Assembly: GCA_013265495.1 (NCBI GenBank)
Contig: MU058289.1
Span: forward strand, 868,001-932,000
DNA length: 64,000 bases
From: Vicugna vicugna
Lineage: Eukaryota
Direction of reading: 5' to 3'
Shown here: positions 42,589 to 55,700 of the stretch, in pieces
Layout: each line of letters begins with the position of its first letter
How positions within the stretch are numbered: position 1 is the stretch's first letter
The notes under the pieces: generated by a model
What the model was told of the DNA's origin: nothing
The model's input: the letters and a program-made list of their open reading frames with translations, nothing else
Database searches by the model: none
Translations under genes and position numbers: made by a program

Positions 42589-42704
42589 AAAGTCATGGGA
42601 AACAGGCATATGGTGGGCGCTTTCCTGCAGAGCATCTGGTGTTCAGCAACACCTGGACAAGACTAGCCAGGAAACACCTTAATTTCTCACAGTTTAGGGG
42701 CAGA

Positions 42705-42722
42705 AGTGCCCCCTGGTGGCCA
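42705..42722 (-). promoter_or_regulatory. CTCF motif (reverse) just downstream of HPN
   Basis: Minus strand TGGCCACCAGGGGGCACT, near-consensus. Motif only. Confidence 0.6.
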
Positions 42723-43497
42723 TCAGGGGTCCCACAAGATCTGCATATGCTCCAGGGAAACGAGTCCCCAGAAGCTAGGACCTGATCTCCAGTCCAGATG
42801 AAGGAAGAGAAGAGGGTCTCAGGCTGTGCTCGGAGGGCTTGGTGCTTCTGTCTCATCCTATAAAGCCCTGTTTCCCGTTCTGATCTGCAGTGAATGTCTT
42901 TTTTTCTCACCGGGCATCTGTGCCCCTTTTTTTCTGGAAACAGCACCCTATTTTCCTTTGGGGAATCCCTCACACTCAATCAATACAGTTCTTGGGAATC
43001 AAATCTCCTCCCCACCCCATGCACAGGTGCACAGTGATTTGATGAGGGACGAGCATATGACCCAAATCTGCCGGTGAGAGCCAAGCCTGGGGCATTTTTG
43101 CTGTAGTTATTGGGAAAGAAGCATTCCTTTTCCCTGGGACTGCTTAGTCCATGGCACATAAGCCTAGAGTCTGGGTGGGTTGGTGGGACATCTCTATCTC
43201 TGGTTGTAGGAGAGCTTGCTTAGAAATAAAGCTGACACAGAGAAAAGTAGATTGAGAGAGGAAATGAGGCACAGTCCTGATGAAAAATATTTGAGCAGCT
43301 GGATCCAGCAGTACCTGAAACTGGATTCCAGTTAAGAGAACCAATTAAAATCTTTTCTTTTAAGCCAGTGGGAATTGGAGGATCACACTCCCTGTCTGAT
43401 GTGTGCCAGGCCTGAATTGCTCTCTTCCCTCCCTTCAAAATGTCCTCATTGCTGCTTGTGTTTGCAAACTCAAGAGACCACATTAATCAAAACCATT

Positions 43498-43503
43498 TTT
43501 ATT
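43498..43503 (-). terminator. HPN polyadenylation signal
   Basis: AATAAA on the minus strand about 290 nt after the HPN stop. Confidence 0.75.
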
Positions 43504-43789
43504 ATTTAAAGAGCATCCTGTCATCAAGGCCACTAGATGGGGGTTCCCAGACGGCAGAACAGTATTTACATGGGGATCAGGAGGGTGAGGCTCGGGTGGT
43601 CCCAGGGCTGAGTGGGCCCGCCACTGTGGAAGAGAGGACCTTGAAGGGAGGGTATCCCTGGACCTGTGGGCTGGGCCCAAGAAGAAAAATGTTCCATCCC
43701 TGGCCCAGGGTGAACCCCATCATGTGGGGCTGGAGCCACTGAGATCCGCTCAGGCCCTGGAGGCATGTGCAGCGAGGAGAAGCCACAGG

Positions 43790-46700
43790 TCAGAGCTGGG
43801 TCATCATGCCGCTAGCTTCGGAGTGAGTCTGGGGAAAGACAACTGGGGGCTTCTGAGGTCTGAGAGGCTTCCCCAGAAGTCCCACAACTGACTCTCTCCC
43901 CAGGAGCCCTTTGAAAGTGATCTGTTCCCTCTTATAGGCCTGAGCATAGGTTTCCAGAAAACCCTGCCTCCCCTCCCCCACCGAGAGTCCCAAACCATCC
44001 CGCCCTCTGGCTCCCTTCTGGGCCCAAATTTCACCTTTATGGCCTGGAAGATCCACTCCCGGAAGTCACTGACTTTGGTGTAGACGCCTGGCTTCTGGGC
44101 CAGGGCACAGCCAGTGCCCCAGCTCACAATGCCACACAGCCGCCAACGTGGCATCCGAGAGATGCTGTCCTCACACACGAAGGGGCCACCACTGTCGCCC
44201 TGGTGTGGGAAGGAAGGCCTGGCTGGAGATCAAGATGGCTGGCCGGGAGGCCCTCCTCGGGTGGCCGTGGGCTATGGTCACAGAGCCTTCTGGTCCTGAG
44301 ACAGGGAGCCTGTCTGCCCACTGCCCTGTGTCTCCATCCCTGGAGAGGCTGGGGCCGGTGCTGCCCCCCGCAGTCCCTCACCTGGCAGGCATCGATGCCA
44401 CCCTCAGGGTAGCCGGCACAGAACATCTTGGGCTTGATCTGGTTCCCGTAGAAGTCAGGGCCGTTGCAGACATCATTGCTGATTATGGGGACTCGGGCCT
44501 CCTGGAGTACCCCAGCCTGTTGGCCTGGGGGTGTGCAGGCAAGGCTGGCCGAAGCTGGGGAGCATGCACACTCCCCTTCCCTCCTGGTGGCCCCCGGGAC
44601 TCCTCAGTGTCCCTACACCCTGGGGCCAAGAGGCATTCAACCAGCCCCACTGCCCGTCCCCAGCCCGGTTCAGACTCTCCCTAATGGTGTCTTGATGCGC
44701 AGAGGACCGGACTCACCATAGTACTGTGTGTTGCCCCAGCCAGTCACAGTGCAGATCTTGCCGTCCACCAGGGCCTGGCCGGCAGCTGGGAGGCACACGG
44801 GCTGGATGTATTCTGTGAGAGAGACCATGCTGGTCCAGGCCCTGCTGGCCTGCCCTTCCTGGGACACACCTCCGTCCAGCTGGCTCCAGTGCCTCATGCC
44901 CGCCCTTTCCTCTGTTATTTTACAACAACCACAGCAGCAGCTGCCTTCTACTGAGCGCTCACTATGTACTAGGTGCCCTCCTGGGTCACTTCCTCTACTA
45001 TCCCATCAGCCCAGGGAGGCAGAGCCTATTACCACCCCCATTTAAAGAGGGGGACAAGGCCATGTCACTTATCCAGAGGCTCAGAAGGAGTCAATGACCA
45101 AGCCAGAATTTGAATCCAGGTTGGCCCAATTTCCAAGCCTGTGTTCTTAACGATGGCGCATGGAGCTGCCCTTGCCTAGAGGGTGCCTCTGTGAGAAATT
45201 TAAACAGGCACCTTATCTTGAGATACTGGACTTCCACCTGTCAAAAAATCATAAGAAATACACCAGTCTACCCTGGCCATGGTAAGAAGGGCGTCCCTGA
45301 GAGGTGATGTCCTTGTGCAGTGCACAACCCACACAAGAGGTCCTGGCAGCCCTGCCTGCAGGTGACAGCTCATGCAGGTGAAGCCTGAGCTCAGCGCTCT
45401 CAGTGGAAAATGGAAAAAATAATCATTTCCCCCCAGAAGGGTATCGTGACAAGTTGGTGAAGCATTGAATAGCATGCCTGGCTAATAGGAGATGCTCACA
45501 TAACTAGTAACAGTGATAAACAACAATAGCAATGATTGTTGCGTTGGCATGGCTCTAGGCTCTTGACTCATATTCACCTTTTCGTTGTCTCAATAACCCT
45601 CAGAAGTCATTTAGCAGATGCGAGAAACTGAGGCATGGAGAGGGGAAGCCACGTGCCCAAGATCGCAGAGCTGGCAGGTACCTGACCCCAAAGCCTACGC
45701 TGTTCCCCCGCAGCCATGTGTCTCAAACCCAGGCCACCCCCGCCCATCCACCTGTGCACCACGGATACTCCCCCACTTCAGTCTTCTTAAACCTGTCACT
45801 CCATTCACTAAAGAGAAGGGTTTGTTTTGTTTAAAAAAAAAAACATGTCTCACACTCTGAAATACAAAAGCAATTTCCATGGATCATTAAAAAGAAAATA
45901 ACCATAAAAATAAGAATAATGCAAACCGCAAAATGGTACTGACTCCCCTGGCGGTGCAGCCTGGGGTTTACAGGCACGGATTCTAGCACCAGGCAGCCAG
46001 GGCTCAAATCTTTGCCTTTGCCAGTTGTGGAAACTGGGGGCACTGTTTACCTTCTTTGTGTGGGGACCCTTCCCCTTGTAAGAAAACAGGATCATAAGGG
46101 AACCCACCCTCCCTGGGTGGCTGTGACAACGAAATGGGTGCATGCTTGGGACAGGCTGAGAGCAGTGCCTGCACACAGGAGGCGTGTGTAAGTGGCAGTG
46201 TTCATCCCACCATCATTACTCTAGTATTCTTTCATCATCATTATCACTTATCAATAATCGTTATTATTTATTCTTATTACTCCTCCTCCTGTTCTCCTCC
46301 TCCATCGTAGCCTTCTGAAAGCTGAAGCCCACGGTCTGCTCTTATCTAAAAGGCACGTGTTGGTGAGGTGTTAAAGACACATCGGCACCCAGGTGAGCCT
46401 TGCTCATTGAAAGCAAGGAAACAAGTCAATGGTTTTTAGAGGGGTTTTAGATACAGGTAAGTGGCCTGCCTGGCAAGAGGAAGGTGCAGCCAGCAGCACA
46501 ATTGATTTTAGGACATTTCATCACTCCCCTTTACCTATGACCTCTCAATGTCCCTATCCGCATGCCACCGCCAGCCCCGGAGAGGCACTAATCTACCTTC
46601 TGTCTCTACACATTTGCCTAGTCTGGACATTTCACACAGATGGAATCCCACATCCTGGTGGTGGCTTGGTGTCTGACTTCTTCCTTAGCACAATGCTTTC

Positions 46701-49700
46701 AACGGTCATCCATTGTGTATTATGAATCAGGACCTCATTCTTTTTCACGGCCTCATATGGTTCCATTGTATGGATCTAACACACTGTATTTATCCACGGG
46801 TCAGATGATGGACATCTGAGATGTTTCCATCTTTTGACTGTGAACGACTCTGCTGTGAGCATTGGGCACTAGTTTTTGTGTGGCTTGGTGTCTTCATTTC
46901 TCTGGGGTATGCACCTAGGGGTGGAACTGCTGGGCCAAATGGTACTCCGTGTTTCACTATTTGAGGAATCGCCATGTGGTTTTTCCAAAGTGGCCGCACC
47001 AAATTGTTCCTGTCTAGTGAATGCGCAATTTGTGCTCCTCAAGATCATCTTCCTAATCACATGGATTCCTACTGCCTAGCCCCTTCTCTGTCCTCCCGGC
47101 CCCTGGAGTCCCCAGGCCAGGGATCCCACCCCGACTTACCTGTGAGGGGCAGGGCACTGGAGAGGTGGACCAGGGCGATATCATTGCTGTTCTCCTCACT
47201 GTTGGGGTCCCGAAAGGGGAGGTAGCCCCCATGATAGATCACTGCCTGCACCCCCAGTTGCAGGCCGTGGGGTGAGGTCTGGGCCACAGCACCGGCAAAC
47301 ACGCGCCATCGGGACAGGACCCGGTTCCGCCTACCAGGGATAGGAGGGGAGGGTGGCAGCTTGCCCGGGTACAGCTGCCCCCACCTCACCGTTCCCCTGC
47401 CTCCCCTCTCAGCAGTGTGGGAGACACTCACTCAGGGAAGCAGTGGGCGGCTGTCAGCACCCAGTCTCTGGAGAGCAGGGATCCCCCACAGAGGTGTGCT
47501 CCGTCATAGCGAAGACTGACTTGCCATGGCCACCTGCCCAGGCTGGTGTCCTGGCCTCCCACGATGCGATCAACGGGCAGCTTCCTGTGGCCACAGTCTG
47601 TGGGAGAAGGGGCAGTAGGGGGCAGTGGGAGGCCTGGACCCCCTGCCCCAAAGGGTCCAAGAGGACATGGCCCCACCCTGGGGTGGTCTGAGGAGACACA
47701 GCTCCATCCCTGGGGACCTGAGGGCACATGGCCCCACCCTGGGGGGCTCTTAGAAAACACAGCCCCATCTTTGGGGGACCTACGGGAACATGGCCTGGCC
47801 CTGGGAAGGGTCTCAGAAGAGGGCTCTGAGTTTCTCACCTAGGCAGTTGGCAGCCAGGAAACGGCCCCGGGGACAGTCGCTGTGAGAGAGGCAGGGATGG
47901 AGACACCGGAGGGGGGCAAAAGGCGGATGATCAGCCAATTAAGAGGGAGGAAGGGCACACGGAGGGAGCGCGGTGCGGGTGCCCGGGGGCTGTGGGGCCC
48001 GCGGTGTGCGCCCCACCCGCCCGCCGCCCTCCTCACCACACGGAGAGGACCTCGAGCAGCCTCTGCGCGTGCGGCAGCCTCCCCTCGTCCACGCAGAAGA
48101 AGCCCGACGTGCCGTTGGCGCCCGCCGTCCGCACGTCCAGCTCCGAGTGGTTCACGGCCCTGGGGGGGGAGGGGTCAGGCCCGCGCCTCCCGCCCTCCCG
48201 GCGCCCCCCACCCACAGGGGCCCCCCACCTCCCCGGGTACCTGAGGAAGCCCATCTCCTCGCAGCTGAGCCCCGCCGCCCTGGCGTTGGAGCGCGAGGAA
48301 CACAGCAGGCGCCACGTGCCCTCCGTCTCGTCGAACACGGTGAGCCGAGCATCGGACGGGCCGACCTGCACTGCAGGGCGACAGGACGGCCGCCTGGGTC
48401 GCCTCCCCGCCCGAGCCCTCCTGGCCTGTTCTCCGCCCGCAAGTGCCTAGTCTTGAGGCGCCAAAGGCCAGATCGGCGCACCCAGGGTCCCCCACATCCC
48501 TGACTGCGTCTGGAAGGGCCCAGGACTCGAGCTGGATCCTGGGACTGGCTGCCTCACCGGAACCCGGGGGCTTCTTCCCACCACCAGGATTCCTGAGCTG
48601 GCAGCCCGGGAGCTGGAAATCTGGAACTTTGCTGAGAGATTTGGAAGGAGGGCAACTGTTTTAACCAAGCTCCCAGGAGAATGGCATGCGAGCTGGACCT
48701 ACTGGGGCCCATCTTTGCCCCTAGGAGGGGAAAAATAAGCCTACATAGAGAAGGCCAAGAGATTTCTGATAACATTTTTAAAGTCTTAATGGATCAGGCC
48801 TGAAGAAGCCCCAGAATTGTTACTTAAGTGAGTTAATCATTTCTCTTTTTGTTTAGCCAGTTTCTTAGTTTTTCCTTTTGTCTTCTGCAGCCTGAAGACC
48901 CTTGACTAACACATCACACTGCCAAAATATTTAAATAGATTTCCTACAAGCTTAAAAAAAAATCTATCCTTACTGCAGGACTTGTCAGAGCCTTGAATAC
49001 ACACTAAATTGCATGATAATTCTCTTAGCAGAGGATGCAGTATTCATTCATCTGTTCATTCAGGCAAGTGTTAACTAGACACATCCTCCATGCCCAGTCC
49101 TGTGTAGGGTGATGCTGGGGAGGTAAAGATGACCAAGAAGGCCCTGGGCTGTGCCCTCACCAAGCCAAAGTCTATGGGTGGGTGAGACAGACACTGGTTA
49201 AAAAAAAGAGAAGAAGTAGGGTGGAGATACACAGGCAGTCTGGAGAGAGTTTATGGAGAATCCATCATGCCCGGGGCTTACTGTGTTGACAAGTGATGCC
49301 AACCCTCAGCCCCTCACAGGCTGCTTCTCACACACAGCCAGAGGACCCTAAGCCAAGTCACAGCCCTTTGGCGTATTTGTTTACATTTAGCAGAGACTCA
49401 GTATGTACCAGGCTCTATTTTGGGCAATGAACAAATCAGACAAAACCCCAAGCTCTGCGGAGCTCCAAGGCCAATAGATGAGATGAATAACGAATGGGAC
49501 AGAGAAGTAAAATAGAAGGTGTGTCACAAAAGAAGGGGCCAGGGAGAGAAATCAAGATTGGCAGAGACAAGGGAGTGCTGGCGTTGGGGGTGGAGAGGTT
49601 GCACTGCCAATGGGTGCACAGGGAAAGCTTCGCTGAGCAGGTGGTATGCAAGCACAGATCTGAAGGAGGTGAGGAAGAGAGTCGTGAAGACAGGTGAGGA

Positions 49701-52700
49701 ACAGAGAATTGGGCCAAGGGAACTGCAAGTGCAAAGATTCCAAGAAGGGGGGTGTGGGGGGTGTCGGGGGAGATGGGAGAAAAGACTAGATTTGGCTTTT
49801 CCCAGGAGTGAGGTGTAGCCAGGGGCGGGCTCTGAGCCAGGAGGGCCCTGATCTGACTTAGGGGTTCACAGGCTCCCTCTGGCTGTGTGTGGGGCACAGA
49901 CTATAGAGGGTGGGGATGGGAGCAGGGAGACCAGGGAGGAGGCTGTGTGATGGTCCAGGAGGGAGAGGATAGAGGCTGGGCCTGAGCAGGGGCAGTGGGG
50001 AGGCAGTGTTTAGATTCTAGATAGAGTCTGTAGATGGAGCTCAAAGAGACTGGAGGTGGGTGTGAGGGAAAGAGGGGTCGAGGGCAATTCCAAGGTGTTT
50101 AGCCTGAGCCACTGGAAGGATGGCGCTGCTGTTGGCTGAGATGGGGAAGCAGGGGAGGAGTAGGCTTGGGGAAAGATCAACTGTGAACCCCTTTTCTCCT
50201 GAGCCGCCTGCATGGCTGGTGTTCTGAGAGCACATTCTAGGAAAGTGAATCTGGTGCAAACTCAGTTTTGCATCCTCTTAGGAAGAACTTGGCGAGGCCA
50301 CACTCCAGCTGAGTGGTCTGCCCACATCTCCACAGATCTGGACAAAGGGAGGCAGGACTTCCAGGGAGAACCCTGTCCTGCTGAAGACAGAGACGGGCAG
50401 AGAGAGGATTTGCATTCAGGCCTGAGTGACTTCAAACCCCAGGCTTTTAACATTGCCCTAGACAGCCTCTCAAGTGACTTTCCTCCTTAAGGTTAAATAA
50501 TGACACAGTAATAATAACACAGGCTATTATGTTTCCTGGAGGTGTCAGTGGGTTGACCCCATGCTATGTGTCATATCTGAAGTCCCACAACCATCATGGG
50601 AGGTAGAGACCATTTCTAAGCTCATCTTGCAGTTGGGGAAACTGAGCCTTGGAGAGGCTATATTTGCCTGGGGGGATACAGCTAAGAACAGGCAAAGCCA
50701 GGATTTGAACACAGGCCTGCTGACCTGTATACTCCTGCTCCTTCCATGGGTCTCACACTGACCCTTACCTGCCCCCCAGCCCAAATATACTCACCCTCAG
50801 CCCAGACTAGCAGCTTTCTGGCTGGCTTGCCTTAGTCATGGCCTCCTGCTCCCGGGTCAAGACAGGGGATGCTGGGCATCTCTGCTGGGTGGTACCCACC
50901 ATCTCCTAAGTTCCCAGACCAAGACTTGGGGTTTGAAACACTAAGGGAGGGTGGGAATGAATTCTTATTTTTAAATGACTTCTAAGGGCTCCAGAAATGT
51001 GATTTCCAGAAAGTATGAGGTTTTAGGAAAGAACTATCACTTTATGGATGTATTTGGAGGGAGGGGAGAGGGAGGGAGGAAGGAATATCAAATGCCCCCT
51101 CCAAGTATTTTTAAAGCTACATCCTGTGCCACTGTTTCTCACTTTGAAACTCTTTATTCTTATTTGTATTATTTTAAGCAATGCAAAGTATGTTCTGGGT
51201 CACCTGGTTTGCTTACCAACTCATCTGGTATATTTAGAGATGTGAAAATCCCAGAAAAATGAGGTGGGGAATATCGTTTCTGGGTTGTTTTTGTTTGTTT
51301 GTTTCGGAATTTCCCAGTGTTTTTGAAAACCCCAAGTACAATGGAAGGGCAGGGTACTGGCGTTGGCCAGAGCCTGGTCTGAATCATGGCCCAGCTACCT
51401 CCCAGCTGGAGGCGTGGGACAAGTTAGTTCGTCTCAGTGATTGGTCCTCCTGCTACTCACTCAGCAGAGATTCCTCAGTATCTACTGTGCACCTGACACT
51501 GTCCGGGGGCAGTAAAAAAAAATGCCTCTGCCCTCCTGAAATTCACCAGGAATAAATGATGGATGGGGAGCGTGAGGAGTTTTCCTGAGGGTGACAGGGT
51601 GGCTGTGGGGTAGGGGAAGCATAGAGCCTGGGGGCCGAAAGGCCTCGCTCAGGAAAGTTAAAACCTGAAGTGTGAGATGCCAAAGCCAATGGTAACAAAG
51701 TTGGTTGAAACCCAAGTGTTGCATGGATCATTGCCACCTCCGATTCTCATCCCAAGTTTCCAGACTAGGACACAGAGACTTAGAGAGGGCAGGACAGGTG
51801 TGAGCCTCAGCTCACCTTCAGCTCAGTGATGGTGCAGGACCCTGAAACTGGCCTCGGGATGTGAGTGGGAAAAGGGGCAGTGAGCAAAGGCTGAGGGCCT
51901 GACAGCAGCCTGTGGGCTGGAGACCGGAGAGCGCCGGGAGTGAGCATGAGATGAGGATGGAGAGGGGCCGCCCACTAGGAGACTTGGAACCTGCCAGGAG
52001 TTGGGATTTTAGCCCAGTGGCGGTAGGGAGCCATGGAGGGGCTTCCGGCAGGCGTGCAAGCCTCCACCCTGCCACTTATTTGACATGCGGGCTTGGACAA
52101 GTCAGTCCACTTCACTGGGCCTCAGTTTACCCCAACTGCAAAATCAGGGTGATGACAACAGCCCCAAGTTCACAGGGCTATTGTGCAAAGGCTGCAGCCA
52201 GGGCCCTGCATGTGTTAGCTGTCACTATGGCAACGCACGCGGCTGTTTCTTGAAAAACAATAGAGGATAGTGTTCTACACAAGGGCCGGATCCAGGCTGC
52301 CTGGGTCCCGATCCCAGTGACCTGGGGCAAGTCTCTTGGTTTTTCCATGCCTCATTTCCCCATATTAAAATGGGCAGTGGTGAGGATTTAATGAATGAAC
52401 ATCTGCAAAGCCCTGAGGCTTGTGCCTGGCACAGACTAATACTCTCTGAGTGCCGGCTATGGTGGTTGACCTTGATGTTGGCTTTCCTTGTCTGGATGTT
52501 CATTTCTTCTCTCTTTTTTTCAATCGAAGTACAGTTGATTTACAATGTTGTGTTAGTTTCTGGTGTGCAGTGTACTGATTCAGTTATATACATAGACACA
52601 TTCTTTTTCATATTCTTTATCATTGTCGGCTACTACAAGATATTGAATATAGTTCCCTGTGCTAAACAGTAGGACCCTGTTGATCTGTTCATTTCTTCTC

Positions 52701-55700
52701 TTAATGTGAGCTGAGTTTTTAATGGAACTAGATGAGGCTTCTGGGAGTGAAAAATACATCCCATCACACAACTTCCTCCTTCTTCCTGCTGCCCTGGGCA
52801 GTTGAATGGCAGGTTGGAGGTGGCATTGGGGAAGATTCATTCATTCATTCCACAATCAGTTTCTGCATCTATTTATTCATGTGGCCTTTCCTTCCCACCT
52901 GCCTGCAGACAATCTCTACCAATCACGTCTAAGGGCGATTTCTGGCCCCATCATTCACCAGCTGCATGTCCTCTCTAGTCCTCACTTTCCATATCTGTAA
53001 ATGGGGATAATGACAGCAGCTACCTCCAAGGAGAGTTGGAAAGTTCGCTGAATTCATCTAGCACCTCTCAAACACGTTTTGATCACACTCTGCAGTAAGA
53101 GACATTTTACGTTATGATGTCACCCTGACCTTCTGTTTTCTGGGACAAACTATTGCATTGCTTTAAGCCTCAGTTTCCCCCTCTGGAAAATGGAGAGAAT
53201 AACAGTCCCACTCTCATAAAACCAAAAGAAAGATGAACAAAACTCTTTCTTACTGAGAGAGATGCACTCTGCTATTTTAATTTAATCATCATCAGACTTT
53301 TAAAAATATGGTATTCAACTCACTAATTTAATTTCATGATGCACTAATGGGCAACACATTTAGAGTCTGAAAAACACTAGGTTAGATAAGTGAGGTGCTC
53401 AGGGCAGCATGTGGCCCAGGGCAGGCCCGTGATGTGAGTGTATGAGCGCCAGCAGCATTTCCGCAGGCGTTCGTGCATTCATTCAAAAATCCTTTCATTG
53501 GGTTCCCACCAGGTACGGGTTTCTGCGGGGGCTCCCCAGAGGGTCCCTGCCTAATCTACTCACCTGGATACAGCGGCTCCTGCTCGCTCCTGAGTAGAAC
53601 AGTCACTGCAGAGAAGGCAGAGGTGAGGGCAGGCAGGCTGGGGGCCGCAGGGGGCAGGGGAGGGTAGAGGCGCAGGGAGCCACTCTCACCAATGGCCCAG
53701 GACGCCGCCCCGATGCCTGTCAGGAGCAGCACGGTCCCCACAGTGAGAGCTGCCACCTTGGGTCCAGAGCAGCACGACACAGTCCGGCCACCTGCAACAG
53801 ACACTGTGCTGGGGCCACCGCCAGGTCTGTCCTCACTGTAGCAGGATTTGGGCAGGGGACCAGCTCTGCCCTGCCCCCCAGGGCTAACTTAGCATGCCTG
53901 AGCCTGCCGGGTCCTGGGCCCGGTTCCTGGGGCTGAGCAGTTGTCAGGGCCATCCCTCTCCTGCAGTGAGGACAACCAGGTAGGTGTCTAGCCCCCAACG
54001 GGTTCCAGCTGGGAAGGGGCGTGGCTGGGACAGCTGCCACCTTCCCAGCCTCCTCTCCTGGCACGTAAAGGATTTCTCCTCCCTTGAAGTAGCCCTTCTT
54101 TTCTCCCTTGTCACATTGTGCCTTTTCTTAGACCTCTCACTTCTGCTCAATTTCCCAGAGGTTCTTGGAGCCTCTTGGGGGCTGTGACCTCTGACCTTTG
54201 CCCTCTTGGCAGCTCTCTTCCCTGCTGTTGGCATTTCCTCACTGCCTCATTTCTCTCTGCTATTCCAGACCCTGTCCCTGGGAACCCACCAAAACCAGAG
54301 CTCTCCCAGAGGACCCAGCTCCAAGGTCAAATTTGCCCTTGGAGGCTGAGAACCTAAATTTGGAAATTTCCAGCCTCACTTAAAAATATTGGCCTTACCT
54401 ACTCCTATCTGGGACCTTGGGCGGGTGGCATCATCTCTTTGAGCCTCAGCCTCCTCATCTATTTAATGGGTGTCCACCTAGCACTCACCTTCAAAGATAA
54501 TACTTTAAATTTCTTTTTAAACATAATCATAGCCAAACTCTTATCAGATGCTTTATGTGCCCAGCACTGCACATTCTTACTCAGTCCTTATCTCTGTGAA
54601 GATTCCTATTTTTCAGAAAGGGAAAACCGAGGCTCAGAGAAGTGGTGTCACCTGCCTAAAATGACTCAGTCAGGAGGAGGCAGTGCTGAATCCTGAACCG
54701 TGGGTAGATTTGGTGCTGGGGCCCAAGTGTATAACCACTAAGCCATGCTACCCCTCCCTGTGCTGTAGTACTTGGCAGACAGCAAGTTCTCAATAAATGC
54801 TTGCAAATCGTTAGAGCTGTGTGGCCCTGGGCAACTCCCTTCACCTCTCTGGACCTGTTTTCCCCTCAGTAAAATGTGGCTTTAATCGTTTGTTATCCTA
54901 CTGAGCATCCAGTGTGTCCCTGGCACCATTCTAGGCTCCGGGGACTCATCCCCTAAGAAGACAGATGAGATGCTGGTTCTCATGACACCCACATTCTCAT
55001 GGGCATATGTCTCCCTCCCATGAGAGGGAGACATAAGTAAGTGAACAAGGAAATGAACTTGATCATTTCCAGATGGTGGCAGAGTCTATGGAGAAAATAA
55101 TGCAGGTTGAGGGCAGCAGGTGCTCAGTGAGGGCCTCCCCCCAGAAGTGACTTTTAAGCTGAGACCAGAAGGGTGAGGCCAGCCAGGCAAAGACCTCTCA
55201 TGGAAGGGCACAGTGGGCAGAGAGGACAGCGCAGACAAAGGCCTTGAGGCAAGAATAAATGTCACGTGTGAGACGGTGAGAGAGGCCATGGATGTGGCCA
55301 GAGTGGCATGAGCTTTGGGAAGGCAGTGGGGCCAAGGCTGGGGCCAGCTGGGGAAGCCTGGCAGCCCGAGGGGAAGAGGGATTTGATTCTCAAGTGCAAC
55401 GGGGGCCCTGAGGCTAAAAAGCCAACCCGTTTGCTAGGGACTGTGGAACAGCCAAATAGAAAGGGCAGGTGAGAGCCTTCGCCAGGCCGGGTATGTGCCT
55501 GACTTCTCTCAGCATCTGCAAGGCCCGCCTGGGCTGTAGAACCACCCAGCTCTCCCATCTGTGTCGTGGAAATACGGCTATGGGCACAGGGCCAGGCCAG
55601 TGCCTGGAAGGACTGCCATCCTCATAGGACCTGGGATGGCCATTGTCTGGGTGTCTTCAGAATTTGAGAGTTCATCCGTTTCCGTGGGGCACTCCTCCCT

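Noticed and set aside
47660..47810. Three short 'acatggcc..ccctggg' direct repeats spaced about 60 bp apart (CRISPR-like spacing)
   Set aside because: This is a degenerate tandem duplication in a mammalian HPN intron, not a CRISPR array.
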